Shown here in pieces: positions 10,311 through 19,650 of a stretch of 64,000 nucleotides of DNA (position 1 is its first letter; each line of letters starts with the position of its first letter). Source of the DNA: Novosphingobium sp. (lineage in GTDB: Bacteria > Pseudomonadota > Alphaproteobacteria > Sphingomonadales > Sphingomonadaceae); contig JANMNP010000073.1 in the NCBI GenBank assembly GCA_031374105.1, forward strand, positions 671-64,670, in the 5' to 3' direction. The notes beneath the pieces were generated by a model, which saw only the letters and a list, made by a program, of their open reading frames with translations, was not told where the DNA came from and searched no databases. The position numbers and the translations under genes were made by a program.

Positions 10311-10355
10311 AAATGAAAAGGCGGGCCCGTTTCCAGACCCGCCTAGATTATTTGC
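10311..10355. terminator. putative bidirectional terminator hairpin
   Basis: GGCGGG-cccgtttccaga-CCCGCC (10320-10343) lies between convergent dut and the lipoprotein gene. On the minus strand it is followed by TTTTCATTT. The T-tract on the plus strand is weaker. Confidence 0.45.
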
Positions 10356-10371
10356 TTATTGCAAGGCTAAC

Positions 10372-11049
10372 TCAGTTGCTACGCTTCTTTTCTGGAGCAA
10401 CGGAGATGCGCACTGTTTCGCCCAAATTGCCGGGGAAATTGGTGAACATCGCCTCGACCAGATTGGGGACAACATATTGCAGGCGGTTAGAGGTTGAAAG
10501 CGCCTCGGCCTTGCCTTCGAACAGGCGCTGGCCATCGGCGCGGCGATCAATCTTCATCTCGATCCCGCTCGTGTAAACGGTGTAGCTTTCATAGCCATTG
10601 TCGAAAAACGAATCGTGAAAGCCATAGCCCCAAGCCCCGCTCCGGTGATAGCCGAACGGGCTATAGCCAAAGCCTCTGCGGCCATAGCCATACCAGGGCG
10701 AATAAAACGGATCGTTGTAAAAGCCGGTTGACCGGACCTTTTCCCGCCCTTTGTCGACGCCATAGTCAAACCGGACCAGCAGACTGGCGGCTTCCGGGCT
10801 GGCAGGCGCATAGCCGATCCGCGCCATCTGCGCTTCGACCAGCCGCGAATATTGTGAAAACTCAAGTCCGCCCGCCATTGTCGGATCATCGGCAACCACT
10901 GCAAAGGTCTGACCCTGGGGTGCTGGCAGCTGCGTGGCAAAGCGCGAGACATCGGCGTTGAAGCTTTGGGCGCAGGCACCAAGGCTGACGAGCAGCAGTG
11001 GAACGGCGACCAGCCGGGCGAAACGAGAAGCAGTTTTTTCAGACATCAC
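10372..11049 (-). CDS. lipoprotein, DUF4136-like
   Basis: The signal plus lipobox is LLLVSLGAC. A G/Y/F-rich central segment precedes a C-terminal region resembling DUF4136 lipoproteins. Recognised from memory only. Confidence 0.65.
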   Translation of the reverse strand: MMSEKTASRFARLVAVPLLLVSLGACAQSFNADVSRFATQLPAPQGQTFAVVADDPTMAGGLEFSQYSRLVEAQMARIGYAPASPEAASLLVRFDYGVDKGREKVRSTGFYNDPFYSPWYGYGRRGFGYSPFGYHRSGAWGYGFHDSFFDNGYESYTVYTSGIEMKIDRRADGQRLFEGKAEALSTSNRLQYVVPNLVEAMFTNFPGNLGETVRISVAPEKKRSN

Positions 11050-11170
11050 TTCAGTCCCCTAATTCGATAAACAGCTCAGCCGCCAGAGATTTGAGGCGCG
11101 CCGCGATGATAGCATGGAACCAGCGCTAATCCATCGCGGCTTAATCGCGGTTGAATAAGATGTTTATCGA

Positions 11171-12187
11171 TCAGCCCCGCACCAGACCCATAGCAGCATA
11201 GGCTGCTTCAAGGGTTGGTGCAGCAAGTGCGCGAGCCTTTTCGGCACCCTTGCGAAGGATCGCATCGAGAGTGGCGCGGTTTTCGCGCAGTTCGACAAAG
11301 CGGGAGTTGATCGGAGCGAGCTGCTCGATCAGCAATTCGGCCAGCGCAGGTTTGAAAGCGCCGAAGCCCTTGCCGGCAAATTCGGTCAGCACAGCATGGG
11401 GCTTTTTCCCGGCCAGCGCCGCGAAGATTCCCACCAGATTTGCTGCCTCTGGACGTCCGTTCAGGCCATCGATTTCACCGGGGAGCGGCTCGGCATCGCT
11501 CTTGGCCTTCTTGATTTTCTGCATGATTGTATCGGCATCGTCGGTCAGATTGATCCGGCTCATGTCAGAAGGATCGGATTTGCTCATCTTTGCAGACCCA
11601 TCGCGCAGGCTCATGATCCGGGCCGCCTCGGGCGGGATGATCGGCGCGGGGAGCGTGAAGATTTCGCGTCCGCGGCCAAAATCATTGTTAAACTTCTGGG
11701 CAATATCGCGGGCCAGCTCAAGGTGCTGCTTCTGATCCTCACCCACTGGAACATGAGTCGCCTGATAGAGCAGAACATCAGCGGCCTGTAGCACCGGATA
11801 GGTGAACAGCGCGATGCTGGCGCCTTCGCGGTTCTTGCCCGATTTGTCCTTGAACTGCGTCATCCGCGATAACCAGCCCATCCGCGCGGTTCCGCTCAGC
11901 AACCATTGCAGCTCCGCATGGGCGGGAACCTGAGCCTGATTGAACAAGATGGAGCGATCCGGATCAATCCCGCAAGCGACCAGCGCAGCCACCATTTCGC
12001 GCGTGCTTGCGGAAAGATCGGCCGGATCATGCGGCATCGAGATAGCGTGAAGATCGGCGAGGAAATAGAGGCTCTCGCCGCCACTTGCGGTGACTTCATC
12101 CTGCATCCGCACCCAATTGCGGATCGCGCCCAGGTAATTGCCAAGGTGAAGGCTGCCAGTCGGCTGGATGCCAGAGACAATACGCAT
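11171..12187 (-). CDS. trpS: tryptophan--tRNA ligase
   Basis: The HIGH-type motif is [16 protein letters not shown] and the KMSKS motif is present (KMSKSDP). The protein is 338 aa. Confidence 0.97.
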   Translation of the reverse strand: MRIVSGIQPTGSLHLGNYLGAIRNWVRMQDEVTASGGESLYFLADLHAISMPHDPADLSASTREMVAALVACGIDPDRSILFNQAQVPAHAELQWLLSGTARMGWLSRMTQFKDKSGKNREGASIALFTYPVLQAADVLLYQATHVPVGEDQKQHLELARDIAQKFNNDFGRGREIFTLPAPIIPPEAARIMSLRDGSAKMSKSDPSDMSRINLTDDADTIMQKIKKAKSDAEPLPGEIDGLNGRPEAANLVGIFAALAGKKPHAVLTEFAGKGFGAFKPALAELLIEQLAPINSRFVELRENRATLDAILRKGAEKARALAAPTLEAAYAAMGLVRG

Positions 12188-12191
12188 GGGC

Positions 12192-13811
12192 TTATTCGAC
12201 TTTCAGAATGTCGTCGTCCGACTTGCTGGACTGGGGCCGCCGCCTGCTTAGCTGGGACAGGATGCGCTTGTCGACCGCGCCGGTGAGGAAAGCGACCGCA
12301 AAAAACGCGGCCATTCCGGCTGAAACCAGGAAAGCGAGCGACCAGACACGCTCGAAAACACTTCCACTGAAGTGTTCCGTCAATTGCGGGGTCAGCCACC
12401 ACAGCAGCGCAGCCATCACAGCTGTTGAAACAAGCTGGCGTGCGATCTTGCCTGCCAGCGGCAGGGTAAACCGGAACCAGCCGCGCCGGTGGAGGATGAT
12501 ATAGAGCAACAGGCAATTGAGACTGGCCGAGCAGGCGGTCGCTGCTGCCAGTCCGACAATCCCGTATTGGCGGACCACCCAGATATTCAGGATGATGTTG
12601 AAAGTAAGCGAGATCAGCGCGGTCCAAACCGGGGTGCGGGTATCTTCGCGAGCAAAAAAGCCGGGATTGAGGATCTTGACCACCACATAGGCTGGCAGGC
12701 CAGCGACCAGCGCCACCACGATCTGCGCCATGACCGCGCCATCAGCGACACTGAATTTCCCGCCAACGAAAAACGCTGTGACGAAAGCAGAAGAGCATAT
12801 CGCCAATGCGGCGGCGGCGGGCAGGGTCAGCAACGTGGCGATCTCGAACGCATTGGCTTGTAGCCGCTGCGCCTCGGCCTTCTCGCCAGTGTGGATATGG
12901 CGCGAAAGCATCGGCAGGATTGCGGTCCCAAGGGCGATCCCGACAATCCCCAGCGGCATCTGATTGAGCCGGTCTGCCAGTTTGAGCAGGGTCAGCGAGC
13001 CTTGCGGCAGGCTGGTCGCAAAGAAGGTGTCGACCAGCTGGCTTATCTGATAAATGCCCGCGCCGAAGGTCGCCGGCACAATCAGGGTTCCAAGACGCCT
13101 CACCTCGGGGGTCAGCTTCGGCAACTTCAGATGCAGCTTCACCCCGGCGCGGCGGGTTGCCCATAGCAAATACAGGAACTGACCAACTCCCGAAAGCGAG
13201 ACGGCCACCGCCAGCAGATAGACCACGATCGTATCGTCAGTGCTATCCCCGCGTAGATATTTGCCGGTGAGGATCGCGGTGATCATAAAGATATTGAGCA
13301 GCACTGGCGCAAAGGCACCCGGGCCAAAGCGGCTGCGGGCATTGAGCAAGCCTGAAAGCATCGCCATCAGGCTGATGAAGCCCAGATAGGGGAATGTGAT
13401 CCGGCTGAGCACAACCGAAAGCTCAAACTTGCCAGGAACTTGCGCATAGTCGCTGGCCAGTGCGCCGACCAGCAGCGGCATAAAAACCATCGCCACTGCG
13501 CTGAATGCCAGCAGAACCCAGACAAACACCGCCAGCACATCATTGGCAAAATGGTTTGCCGCCTCCTCGCTGCCCGGCGTGTCGCCGTCGCCGTGCAATG
13601 CCCGCGAATAAAGCGGCACGAAAGCCACCGAAAATGCCCCTTCGGCAAACAGTCGCCGGAATGTGTTGGGCAAAGTGAAAGCCAGCTGGAACGCATCTGC
13701 CGCCAGCCCCGCGCCAAGAACGCGGGCCAGCAGCATATCACGGGCAAAGCCAAAAACGCGGCTGATTGCCGTCAGTCCACCAATGGTCCCGACGTTTTTG
13801 ATCAGGCTCAC
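12192..13811 (-). CDS. murJ: lipid II flippase MurJ (MviN)
   Basis: The N-terminus [34 protein letters not shown] is typical of MurJ, with about 14 TM segments. I prefer GTG 13811 as the start, since the ORF-track start at 13922 would overlap secB by 74 nt. The murJ-trpS order is conserved in alphaproteobacteria. Confidence 0.92.
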   Translation of the reverse strand: MSLIKNVGTIGGLTAISRVFGFARDMLLARVLGAGLAADAFQLAFTLPNTFRRLFAEGAFSVAFVPLYSRALHGDGDTPGSEEAANHFANDVLAVFVWVLLAFSAVAMVFMPLLVGALASDYAQVPGKFELSVVLSRITFPYLGFISLMAMLSGLLNARSRFGPGAFAPVLLNIFMITAILTGKYLRGDSTDDTIVVYLLAVAVSLSGVGQFLYLLWATRRAGVKLHLKLPKLTPEVRRLGTLIVPATFGAGIYQISQLVDTFFATSLPQGSLTLLKLADRLNQMPLGIVGIALGTAILPMLSRHIHTGEKAEAQRLQANAFEIATLLTLPAAAALAICSSAFVTAFFVGGKFSVADGAVMAQIVVALVAGLPAYVVVKILNPGFFAREDTRTPVWTALISLTFNIILNIWVVRQYGIVGLAAATACSASLNCLLLYIILHRRGWFRFTLPLAGKIARQLVSTAVMAALLWWLTPQLTEHFSGSVFERVWSLAFLVSAGMAAFFAVAFLTGAVDKRILSQLSRRRPQSSKSDDDILKVE

Positions 13812-13848
13812 GCGCAGAGTTTCCCTAAAATGGCGCCCAATCGGCGAA

Positions 13849-14370
13849 TCAGGCGTTCCCGACCGGTTGCTCGCCCTCGCCAGCTTCTTGCTTGGCGGCA
13901 AGTTGCTGGAGGTAGAGCCCATTGAAATCGATCGGCTCCAGCATCAGTGGTGGGAATCCTGCATCGCGCACGGCATCGGCGACAATGCATCGCGCAAACG
14001 GGAATAGGATCCGCGGTGCTTCGGCGAAGGTAAAGGCGTGGCGCTGTGCTTCATCAAGATTGCGCATCCCGACGAGGCCGCAATAGGCCAGATCAACGAT
14101 GAATGCGGTGCCCTGTGGCCCTTTGGAAGTGATCGCAATCTTAAGTTCGATTTCGCTAACTTCGTCGCTCATCTCGCGCGCTGCGATGTTGAACTGAACA
14201 TCGATCTGCGGTGCATCCTGCCACTGGAAACTATCGGGCGCGTTGGGGTTTTCGACCGAAAGATCTTTGATGTATTGCGAAATAATGCCTGCCGCCGGAC
14301 TGGTATCTTCGCCGTTTGGCACTGGCCCATCGAGGTTCAGCTTGGTAATTATGTTGCCTTCGTCGGACAT
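13849..14370 (-). CDS. secB: protein-export chaperone SecB
   Basis: 173 aa. IISQYIKDLSVENPNAP and LAYCGLVGMRNL...APRILFPFARCIVADAVRDAGFPPLMLEPIDFNGLY match SecB. Confidence 0.93.
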   Translation of the reverse strand: MSDEGNIITKLNLDGPVPNGEDTSPAAGIISQYIKDLSVENPNAPDSFQWQDAPQIDVQFNIAAREMSDEVSEIELKIAITSKGPQGTAFIVDLAYCGLVGMRNLDEAQRHAFTFAEAPRILFPFARCIVADAVRDAGFPPLMLEPIDFNGLYLQQLAAKQEAGEGEQPVGNA

Positions 14371-14587
14371 CGTTTGCCTGGCTTTCTTGACTGCGGCCTG
14401 CCTCGGCTGTGAACCTTGCGCGCATGGCCTAATTGAATTTCCGCGCGCCTAGCACTGGCAGAGGCCAGCGGCAATGCCGCTTGGATTTGCGCTGATCCCG
14501 TTTCTGCGTGTCAAAAACGCAAAAAATTGCATCAAAGCGGCTATCCACGCGTTGTTCATTTGTATTGACACCCTATCTGGGTCTAGA

Positions 14588-15304
14588 ATGCTTCAATGCC
14601 GCTTTATCGGCAAGGACTGGATATTGAGCGTGGGTGCAGTCGAAATCGTCATTCTGGCCATGATCGCGGCCTTCCTTGGGCTCCGGCTCTACTCTGTGCT
14701 TGGTCGCCGCGCCGAGCATGAGGAGGAGCCTATTCAGGGCCGTTTCGAAGGCAAGAGCGATGCTTCTCCTGCGCCTCGCGTGGCAACTCCGGCGTCACCT
14801 GATCGCCCGGTCGCGCCGACGCAGATCCGTCCGCTGGTGCCCGGCGTCACCCCGGCAATTGAACGGGGCGTGCGCGAAATTGCCGCTGCTGACCGGCGGT
14901 TTGATCTTCTCGCCTTTCTCGAAGGTTCAAAGGGTGCCTATCGGATGATCCTAGAAGCCTTCTGGCGCGGGGATAAGGACGAGCTGGGCCAGCTGTGCGA
15001 TCGCGATGTCTATGAGAGTTTCGTGACAGCGATTGATGCGCGGCTGGCAGCGGGCGAAACGCTGGACAATCGGCTGGTGCGGATTGAGGACGCGACTGTC
15101 GTTGCCGCCTCGTTCCAGGCACCGATGGCACGGATTGCAGTTCGGTTCACCGCCGATATTGCCGCAGTTACTCGCGACGCTCAGGGGCAGGTTATCGCTG
15201 GCTCACTTGATGATGCGATAGATGCTTGTGATATGTGGACCTTCAGCCGCAATGTGACCTCGGCTGAGCCGGACTGGCTGCTCGACGAAGCCGACGAAGG
15301 CTGA
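14588..15304 (+). CDS. Tim44-like domain protein
   Basis: An N-terminal TM segment (VEIVILAMIAAFLGLRLYSVLGRR) is followed by a C-terminal Tim44-like domain (FDLLAFLEGSKGAYRMILEAFWRGD...MWTFSRN). The start is ambiguous: ATG 14588, TTG 14624 or GTG 14630. The ORF-track start at 14474 is unlikely. Confidence 0.8.
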   Translation: MLQCRFIGKDWILSVGAVEIVILAMIAAFLGLRLYSVLGRRAEHEEEPIQGRFEGKSDASPAPRVATPASPDRPVAPTQIRPLVPGVTPAIERGVREIAAADRRFDLLAFLEGSKGAYRMILEAFWRGDKDELGQLCDRDVYESFVTAIDARLAAGETLDNRLVRIEDATVVAASFQAPMARIAVRFTADIAAVTRDAQGQVIAGSLDDAIDACDMWTFSRNVTSAEPDWLLDEADEG

Positions 15305-15313
15305 TTTCCGGAG

Positions 15314-16513
15314 ATGCGCGCGCGGTTTCGTTCGCTCGCGGCGGTTGTGTTGCTGGCTGCACTTGCGGGCTGTGGCCGCCTGATCCCTGAAGGACGGATT
15401 TCGTCCCCTCCCACCGCGACAATAAGGCCAATTGCCGCCAGCGCTCTGCTTGCAGGTGTGACTGTTGGCCCATCGATTGGCAGCCTCAAGCTTGCAGGCG
15501 GAGATGCCAGCGGGGCGCTTTCTTCGTTTCGCGAAAGCTGTCCGCGCTTGCTTTCGCGCCGCGATATCAGCGGATTGACGAGCAGTGAGGATTGGCAAGC
15601 CGCTTGCTCGGCTGCGCCAAGCTGGCCAGCCAGTGATGCGCCGCGCTTCTTCGACAGGTTCTTTGAAGCTGCCAGAATCGGCGACGGGACTAGCTTTGTA
15701 ACGGGCTATTTTGAGCCGGAGATTGCCGGTGTACGGGTTCGACAGCCAGGGTTTGACGTTCCGGTCTATGCTGTCCCGCCGGATCTGGTTCGTGCCAGGC
15801 TTGGCGATGCACCTCCTATCCCCAGCGGCCAGCAACCGCTTGGCCGTTACGGACCTGATGGCCTCTTTATGCCCTATTTTGAGCGCGCCGAGATCGTTGA
15901 TGGTGTGCTGATGGGCAAGGGGCTGGAAATAGCCTGGGCTGCGGATCCGATCGAGTTCTTCTTTCTTCAGATCCAGGGTTCGGGCCGTCTTCGCAGCCCC
16001 GACGGCAGCGTGCTTCGGATCGGCTATGCCGGACAGAACGGGCGTGATTATGCGGGGATTGGCTCACTGATGCGCGAACGCGGGTTGATTGGCACAGGGC
16101 CAGGCCAATATGCGGGCTCAATGCAGGGCATGATGCAGTATCTGCGCGAGCATCCGGCTGATGGCCGTGCCCTGATGCGCCAGAACAAGAGTTGGATTTT
16201 CTTCAAGGAATCGTTCGGAGATGGGCCGCTTGGCGCGCTGAACGTGCCAGTGCGCGCGCGCAGCAGTGTGGCTACCGATCCCAATTTCGTCCCACTGGGA
16301 GCACCGGTCTGGCTGTCGCTCGACCGGCCCGAGGCCAATGGCTTATGGATTGCGCAGGATACCGGCGGGGCGATCAAGGGCGCCAACCGCTTTGATAGCT
16401 TCTGGGGCGCAGGCGACGAAGCGCGGCTGATCGCTGGCGGGATGAGCGGGCGCGGTCAGGCGCTGGTGTTCCTGCCAAAAGGTACGCTGGCCCGGCTGGG
16501 TGCAAAGTATTGA
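15314..16513 (+). CDS. mltA: membrane-bound lytic murein transglycosylase A (MltA family)
   Basis: The lipoprotein signal is LLAALAGC. The MltA/3D-domain motifs are present (GYFEPE, FFLQIQGSGRL, GYAGQNG..Y..IG, QDTGGAIKGANRFDSFWG). Confidence 0.88.
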   Translation: MRARFRSLAAVVLLAALAGCGRLIPEGRISSPPTATIRPIAASALLAGVTVGPSIGSLKLAGGDASGALSSFRESCPRLLSRRDISGLTSSEDWQAACSAAPSWPASDAPRFFDRFFEAARIGDGTSFVTGYFEPEIAGVRVRQPGFDVPVYAVPPDLVRARLGDAPPIPSGQQPLGRYGPDGLFMPYFERAEIVDGVLMGKGLEIAWAADPIEFFFLQIQGSGRLRSPDGSVLRIGYAGQNGRDYAGIGSLMRERGLIGTGPGQYAGSMQGMMQYLREHPADGRALMRQNKSWIFFKESFGDGPLGALNVPVRARSSVATDPNFVPLGAPVWLSLDRPEANGLWIAQDTGGAIKGANRFDSFWGAGDEARLIAGGMSGRGQALVFLPKGTLARLGAKY

Positions 16514-17094
16514 GGCCTCCGCGCGGATTGAGCGCGGGCGAAGCGGCGCTGTGGGCAAGGGTCGCGCAGACGGTTCGTCCGCTAAATCCTTCCCGCGCCG
16601 GGGAGGGGGACCATGCGAAGCATGGTGGTGGGGCGCGTGCGGTAGTCGTGACGGCGATAGAGCAGGATCACTCGCCTGTGCCCCTCCACCACCTGCGGTG
16701 GTCCCCCTCCCCCAAGGGGGAGGATCGGAAACCCCAGACTCTCGATCGCCACGGCCTCGACAACTCATGGGAGCGCAAACTTGCCAAGGCAGCGATTGCG
16801 CCCGATTTCACGCTCGATCTGCATGGGTATGGTCTGGATGCAGCGCATAGTCGGCTCGATCATGGGCTGTCGCTCGCGCTTGCGCAGGGCGCGCGGATGG
16901 TGCTGGTGATCACTGGCCGTCCTCGTCCGGTTGATCCGGCGGATCGCGGTTCGCGGCGCGGGGCGATCAGGGCCAAGCTGCTCGATTGGCTCGCAGCAGG
17001 TCCGCATGGCTCGCGGATCGCTGCGGTGCGCCAGGCGCATCCTCGACATGGCGGGGCGGGGGCGGTTTATGTGGTGCTGCGCAAGACGCGCTAG
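16510..17094 (+). CDS. Smr-domain protein carrying an in-frame 46-codon repeat-element insertion
   Basis: The C-terminal Smr domain is present ([20 protein letters not shown]...[12 protein letters not shown]...). A TTG start overlaps the mltA stop. Residues [13 protein letters not shown]...[15 protein letters not shown] are the translation of the repeat element at 16587-16724. Confidence 0.8.
   Translation: MRPPRGLSAGEAALWARVAQTVRPLNPSRAGEGDHAKHGGGARAVVVTAIEQDHSPVPLHHLRWSPSPKGEDRKPQTLDRHGLDNSWERKLAKAAIAPDFTLDLHGYGLDAAHSRLDHGLSLALAQGARMVLVITGRPRPVDPADRGSRRGAIRAKLLDWLAAGPHGSRIAAVRQAHPRHGGAGAVYVVLRKTR
16587..16724. mobile_element. miniature (cargo-less) copy of the GGGGAGGGGGACC / GGTCCCCCTCCCC inverted-arm element, 138 bp
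   Basis: The outer ends are TCCTTCCC (16587-16594) and GGGGGAGGA (16716-16724). The left arm is GGGGAGGGGGACCATGCGAAGCATGGTGGTGGGG (16600-16633). The right arm is CCCCTCCACCACCTGCGGTGGTCCCCCTCCCC (16681-16712). The architecture matches the copies at 48497-48621 and 51295-51762. Confidence 0.8.
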
Positions 17095-18158
17095 CCGCAC
17101 TGCCCCCGGTGGAGCAGCTTGTGATCCGCCAGCACCAGCGCCATCATCGCTGCAACCACTGGTGTACCGCGAATACCAACGCAAGGGTCGTGGCGTCCCT
17201 TGGTGCGAATATCCGTTGCCTGACCATCACGGGTTATCGTCTCGACCGGTGTCAGGATCGAGCTGGTCGGCTTGAAGGCGACGCGCACGAGCACCGGCTG
17301 TCCGGTCGAGATCCCGCCCGCGATCCCGCCTGCATGGTTGGCGAGGAATTGCGGTGATCCTTCCCCGGGCCGCATCCGGTCGGCATTTTGTTCGCCAGAA
17401 AGCCTGGCTGCGCCAAACCCATCGCCGATCTCGACGCCTTTAACCGCGTTTACACCCATCATCGCAGCGGCCAGATCAGCATCCAGCTTGGCATAAATCG
17501 GCGCCCCCCAGCCTGCCGGTACGCCCGCAGCGACGCATTCAACCACTGCGCCAAGCGAGGAACCAGCCAGCCGCGCTTCATCAACCAGCTTCTCCCAACG
17601 CGCTGCGGCTGCGGCATCGGGGCAGAAGAACGGATTGAGCCCAATCTCGGCTGCATCAAAATTGGCGGGATCTATCGCATCGCCGCCGATTTCGGCGACA
17701 TACGCGAAGATTGATACTTCCGGGATGACCAGCCGCGCCACCGCCCCTGCTGCCACCCGCGCCGCTGTCTCGCGCGCCGAACTGCGCCCGCCGCCGCGAT
17801 AATCGCGCAAACCGTATTTGGCGTCATAGGCGTAATCGGCATGGCCAGGACGGTAAGCGGCGGCAACTTCAGAATAATCCTTCGAGCGCTGATCGACGTT
17901 TTCGATCATCAGGCTGATTGGGGTGCCAGTAGTCTTGCCCTCGAAAGTGCCCGAAAGGATCCGCACCGCATCGGGTTCTTGTCGCTGCGTGGTGAACTTC
18001 GATTGGCCGGGCCGCCGCGCATCGAGAAACGGCTGAATGCAGGCTTCCGAAATCGCCAGCCCCGGGGGGCAGCCATCCACCACAGCGCCCAAAGCTGGTC
18101 CGTGGCTTTCGCCCCAGGTGGTGAAACGGAAAAGATGGCCGAAGCTGTTGATGCTCAT
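17091..18158 (-). CDS. aroC: chorismate synthase
   Basis: The N-terminus [33 protein letters not shown] and the motifs GRHDPCV and [11 protein letters not shown] are present. The start is at ATG 18158, since the ORF-track start at 18215 adds 19 non-homologous codons. Confidence 0.97.
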   Translation of the reverse strand: MSINSFGHLFRFTTWGESHGPALGAVVDGCPPGLAISEACIQPFLDARRPGQSKFTTQRQEPDAVRILSGTFEGKTTGTPISLMIENVDQRSKDYSEVAAAYRPGHADYAYDAKYGLRDYRGGGRSSARETAARVAAGAVARLVIPEVSIFAYVAEIGGDAIDPANFDAAEIGLNPFFCPDAAAAARWEKLVDEARLAGSSLGAVVECVAAGVPAGWGAPIYAKLDADLAAAMMGVNAVKGVEIGDGFGAARLSGEQNADRMRPGEGSPQFLANHAGGIAGGISTGQPVLVRVAFKPTSSILTPVETITRDGQATDIRTKGRHDPCVGIRGTPVVAAMMALVLADHKLLHRGQCG

Positions 18159-18256
18159 AGTGCTGCGGCTTTGTCGTGGATGGCCGAAAATGTCCACTCC
18201 CAAGACCTGTCTCAAGCCGCTAGGGAGATAATCCTTGCTTCGAAAGGTCCGCTTAC

Positions 18257-18604
18257 ATGACTGTAACGCTTTATGGCATACCCAATTGCGACACAGTGAA
18301 AAAGGCCCGGGTCTGGCTGGAAGGGCGGGGCATTGGCTACATCTTCCACGACTACAAGAAACAAGGCATCGATGCTGCGCAGATCGCCCGTTGGGTTGAT
18401 GCAGCAGGCTGGGAGAAGGTGCTGAACCGCGCCGGAACGACCTTCAGGAAGCTGGCTGATGCTGATAAGGAAAACCTCGATCCCGCCAAGGCAATCAGCG
18501 TGATGACCGCCAATCCAAGTTGCATCAAGCGGCCTATCGTGGAACATTCCGGCAGGTTGCTGGTGGGCTTCAAGTCCGACGAATGGGAAGCGGTGCTGGC
18601 ATGA
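18257..18604 (+). CDS. ArsC/Spx-family reductase-like protein (YffB type)
   Basis: 115 aa. [17 protein letters not shown]...YIFHDYKK...AGTTFRKL...IKRPI is typical of the ArsC/YffB family. Confidence 0.85.
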   Translation: MTVTLYGIPNCDTVKKARVWLEGRGIGYIFHDYKKQGIDAAQIARWVDAAGWEKVLNRAGTTFRKLADADKENLDPAKAISVMTANPSCIKRPIVEHSGRLLVGFKSDEWEAVLA

Positions 18605-18638
18605 GTTTTGGGGGGAATTCCGAAATCAGGGGGCGGCT

Positions 18639-18839
18639 ATGGATTTCTTCAAGGCATTGATCCCAGGCACGGTGCTGACCCTTGTTGTCACCGGCATAAT
18701 CGGATCGAACCGCTCAAAGGGCGGGTGGCTCAGTATTGAGCATGTGCAGATCCTGGATTACAGTTTCTATTGGTCTTGGGCATTGTTCGCTGTGGCGACC
18801 GGTCTTTCATGGGTGCTGTTTGCGGTTACACCCAAGTAA
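18639..18839 (+). CDS. small two-TM membrane protein, unknown function
   Basis: A 66-aa ORF with two hydrophobic helices. A GGGGG/AGGGGG purine run lies upstream. No family was recognised. Confidence 0.45.
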   Translation: MDFFKALIPGTVLTLVVTGIIGSNRSKGGWLSIEHVQILDYSFYWSWALFAVATGLSWVLFAVTPK

Positions 18840-19574
18840 TTAGCCGTGCCGCGCGGTGACGATGTAGTTCAGCGCCAGATTGTCTGACAGGCCAAGGCCG
18901 CTGAACGCTGAGACGGCTATCCCCTGCGGCTCACCCATCACCAGCCCGGCGTCTGCCAGCAGTTCGCGCAATTCATCAGGCGTAATAAAATCGTCCCAAT
19001 GATGTGTGCCTTTGGGGACCAGCCCAACCGTTTCGGCCGCGCCGACCAGCAGCAGGCGTGACTGCGCTGTGCGGTTGGGGGTGGAGAGGATCATCAGGCC
19101 GTCTGGCTTGAGCGCCTTGGCCAGTTCGGCGATAAAGGCTGCTTTATCAGAAACATGCTCGATCACTTCCATTGAGGTTACCAGATCAAAGCCTGACAGG
19201 CCAAGCCCGCCAATCTCGCCGTGCCGGTAATCAATGGCAAGGCCAGAGCCTGCCGCGTGGTCTTGAGCGACGGCGACGCTTTCTGACGCAGCATCGATCC
19301 CGGTCACTGCCGCGCCCAGACGGGCCAGCGGTTCGCACAGCAGCCCCGCGCCGCACCCGACATCGAGCGCGCGCTTGCCCTTCAGAGGCTTTACGCCTTG
19401 CGAATCTGTGCCCCAACGCACGTCAATAGCGCCCCGGATGAACCCCAGACGGACCGGGTTAAGCCGGTGCAGCATGGCAGACGAGCCCTTGGGATCCCAC
19501 CAATCGGCGGCCAGCCTGCCAAAATGCGCTGCCTCTTCGGGACGGATCGTTGCTGTCGAGGTTGCATTGCTCAT
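18840..19574 (-). CDS. ubiG: ubiquinone biosynthesis O-methyltransferase UbiG
   Basis: The motifs FGRLAADWWDPKGSSAMLHRLNPVRLGFI and the SAM motif ALDVGCGAGLLCEPLARLGA are present, ending HHWDDFITPDEL. Confidence 0.9.
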   Translation of the reverse strand: MSNATSTATIRPEEAAHFGRLAADWWDPKGSSAMLHRLNPVRLGFIRGAIDVRWGTDSQGVKPLKGKRALDVGCGAGLLCEPLARLGAAVTGIDAASESVAVAQDHAAGSGLAIDYRHGEIGGLGLSGFDLVTSMEVIEHVSDKAAFIAELAKALKPDGLMILSTPNRTAQSRLLLVGAAETVGLVPKGTHHWDDFITPDELRELLADAGLVMGEPQGIAVSAFSGLGLSDNLALNYIVTARHG

Positions 19575-19650
19575 GGTGCATCCCTAACAGGGCGCGCGTT
19601 GCGGGGCGAGGGGCCTTGCAAGCAATTTTCTTTCGTCTGGGAGCCTTGGC

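Noticed and set aside
13812-13922. A 37-codon N-terminal extension of murJ overlapping secB
   Set aside because: The conserved MurJ N-terminus (SLIKNVG...) starts at GTG 13811. The extension would overlap the secB coding region by 74 nt.
14558-14590. A sigma70-like TTGACA ... TAGAAT pair upstream of the Tim44-like gene
   Set aside because: The spacing between TTGACA and TAGAAT is only 13 nt. An alternative -35 (TTGTAT, 18-nt spacer) is weak, and the -10 would overlap the candidate ATG. This is too ambiguous to report as a promoter.
17091-17094. smr and aroC share overlapping stop codons on a CTAG palindrome
   Set aside because: This is real but trivial. It is a common consequence of tight convergent packing and not a functional signal in itself.
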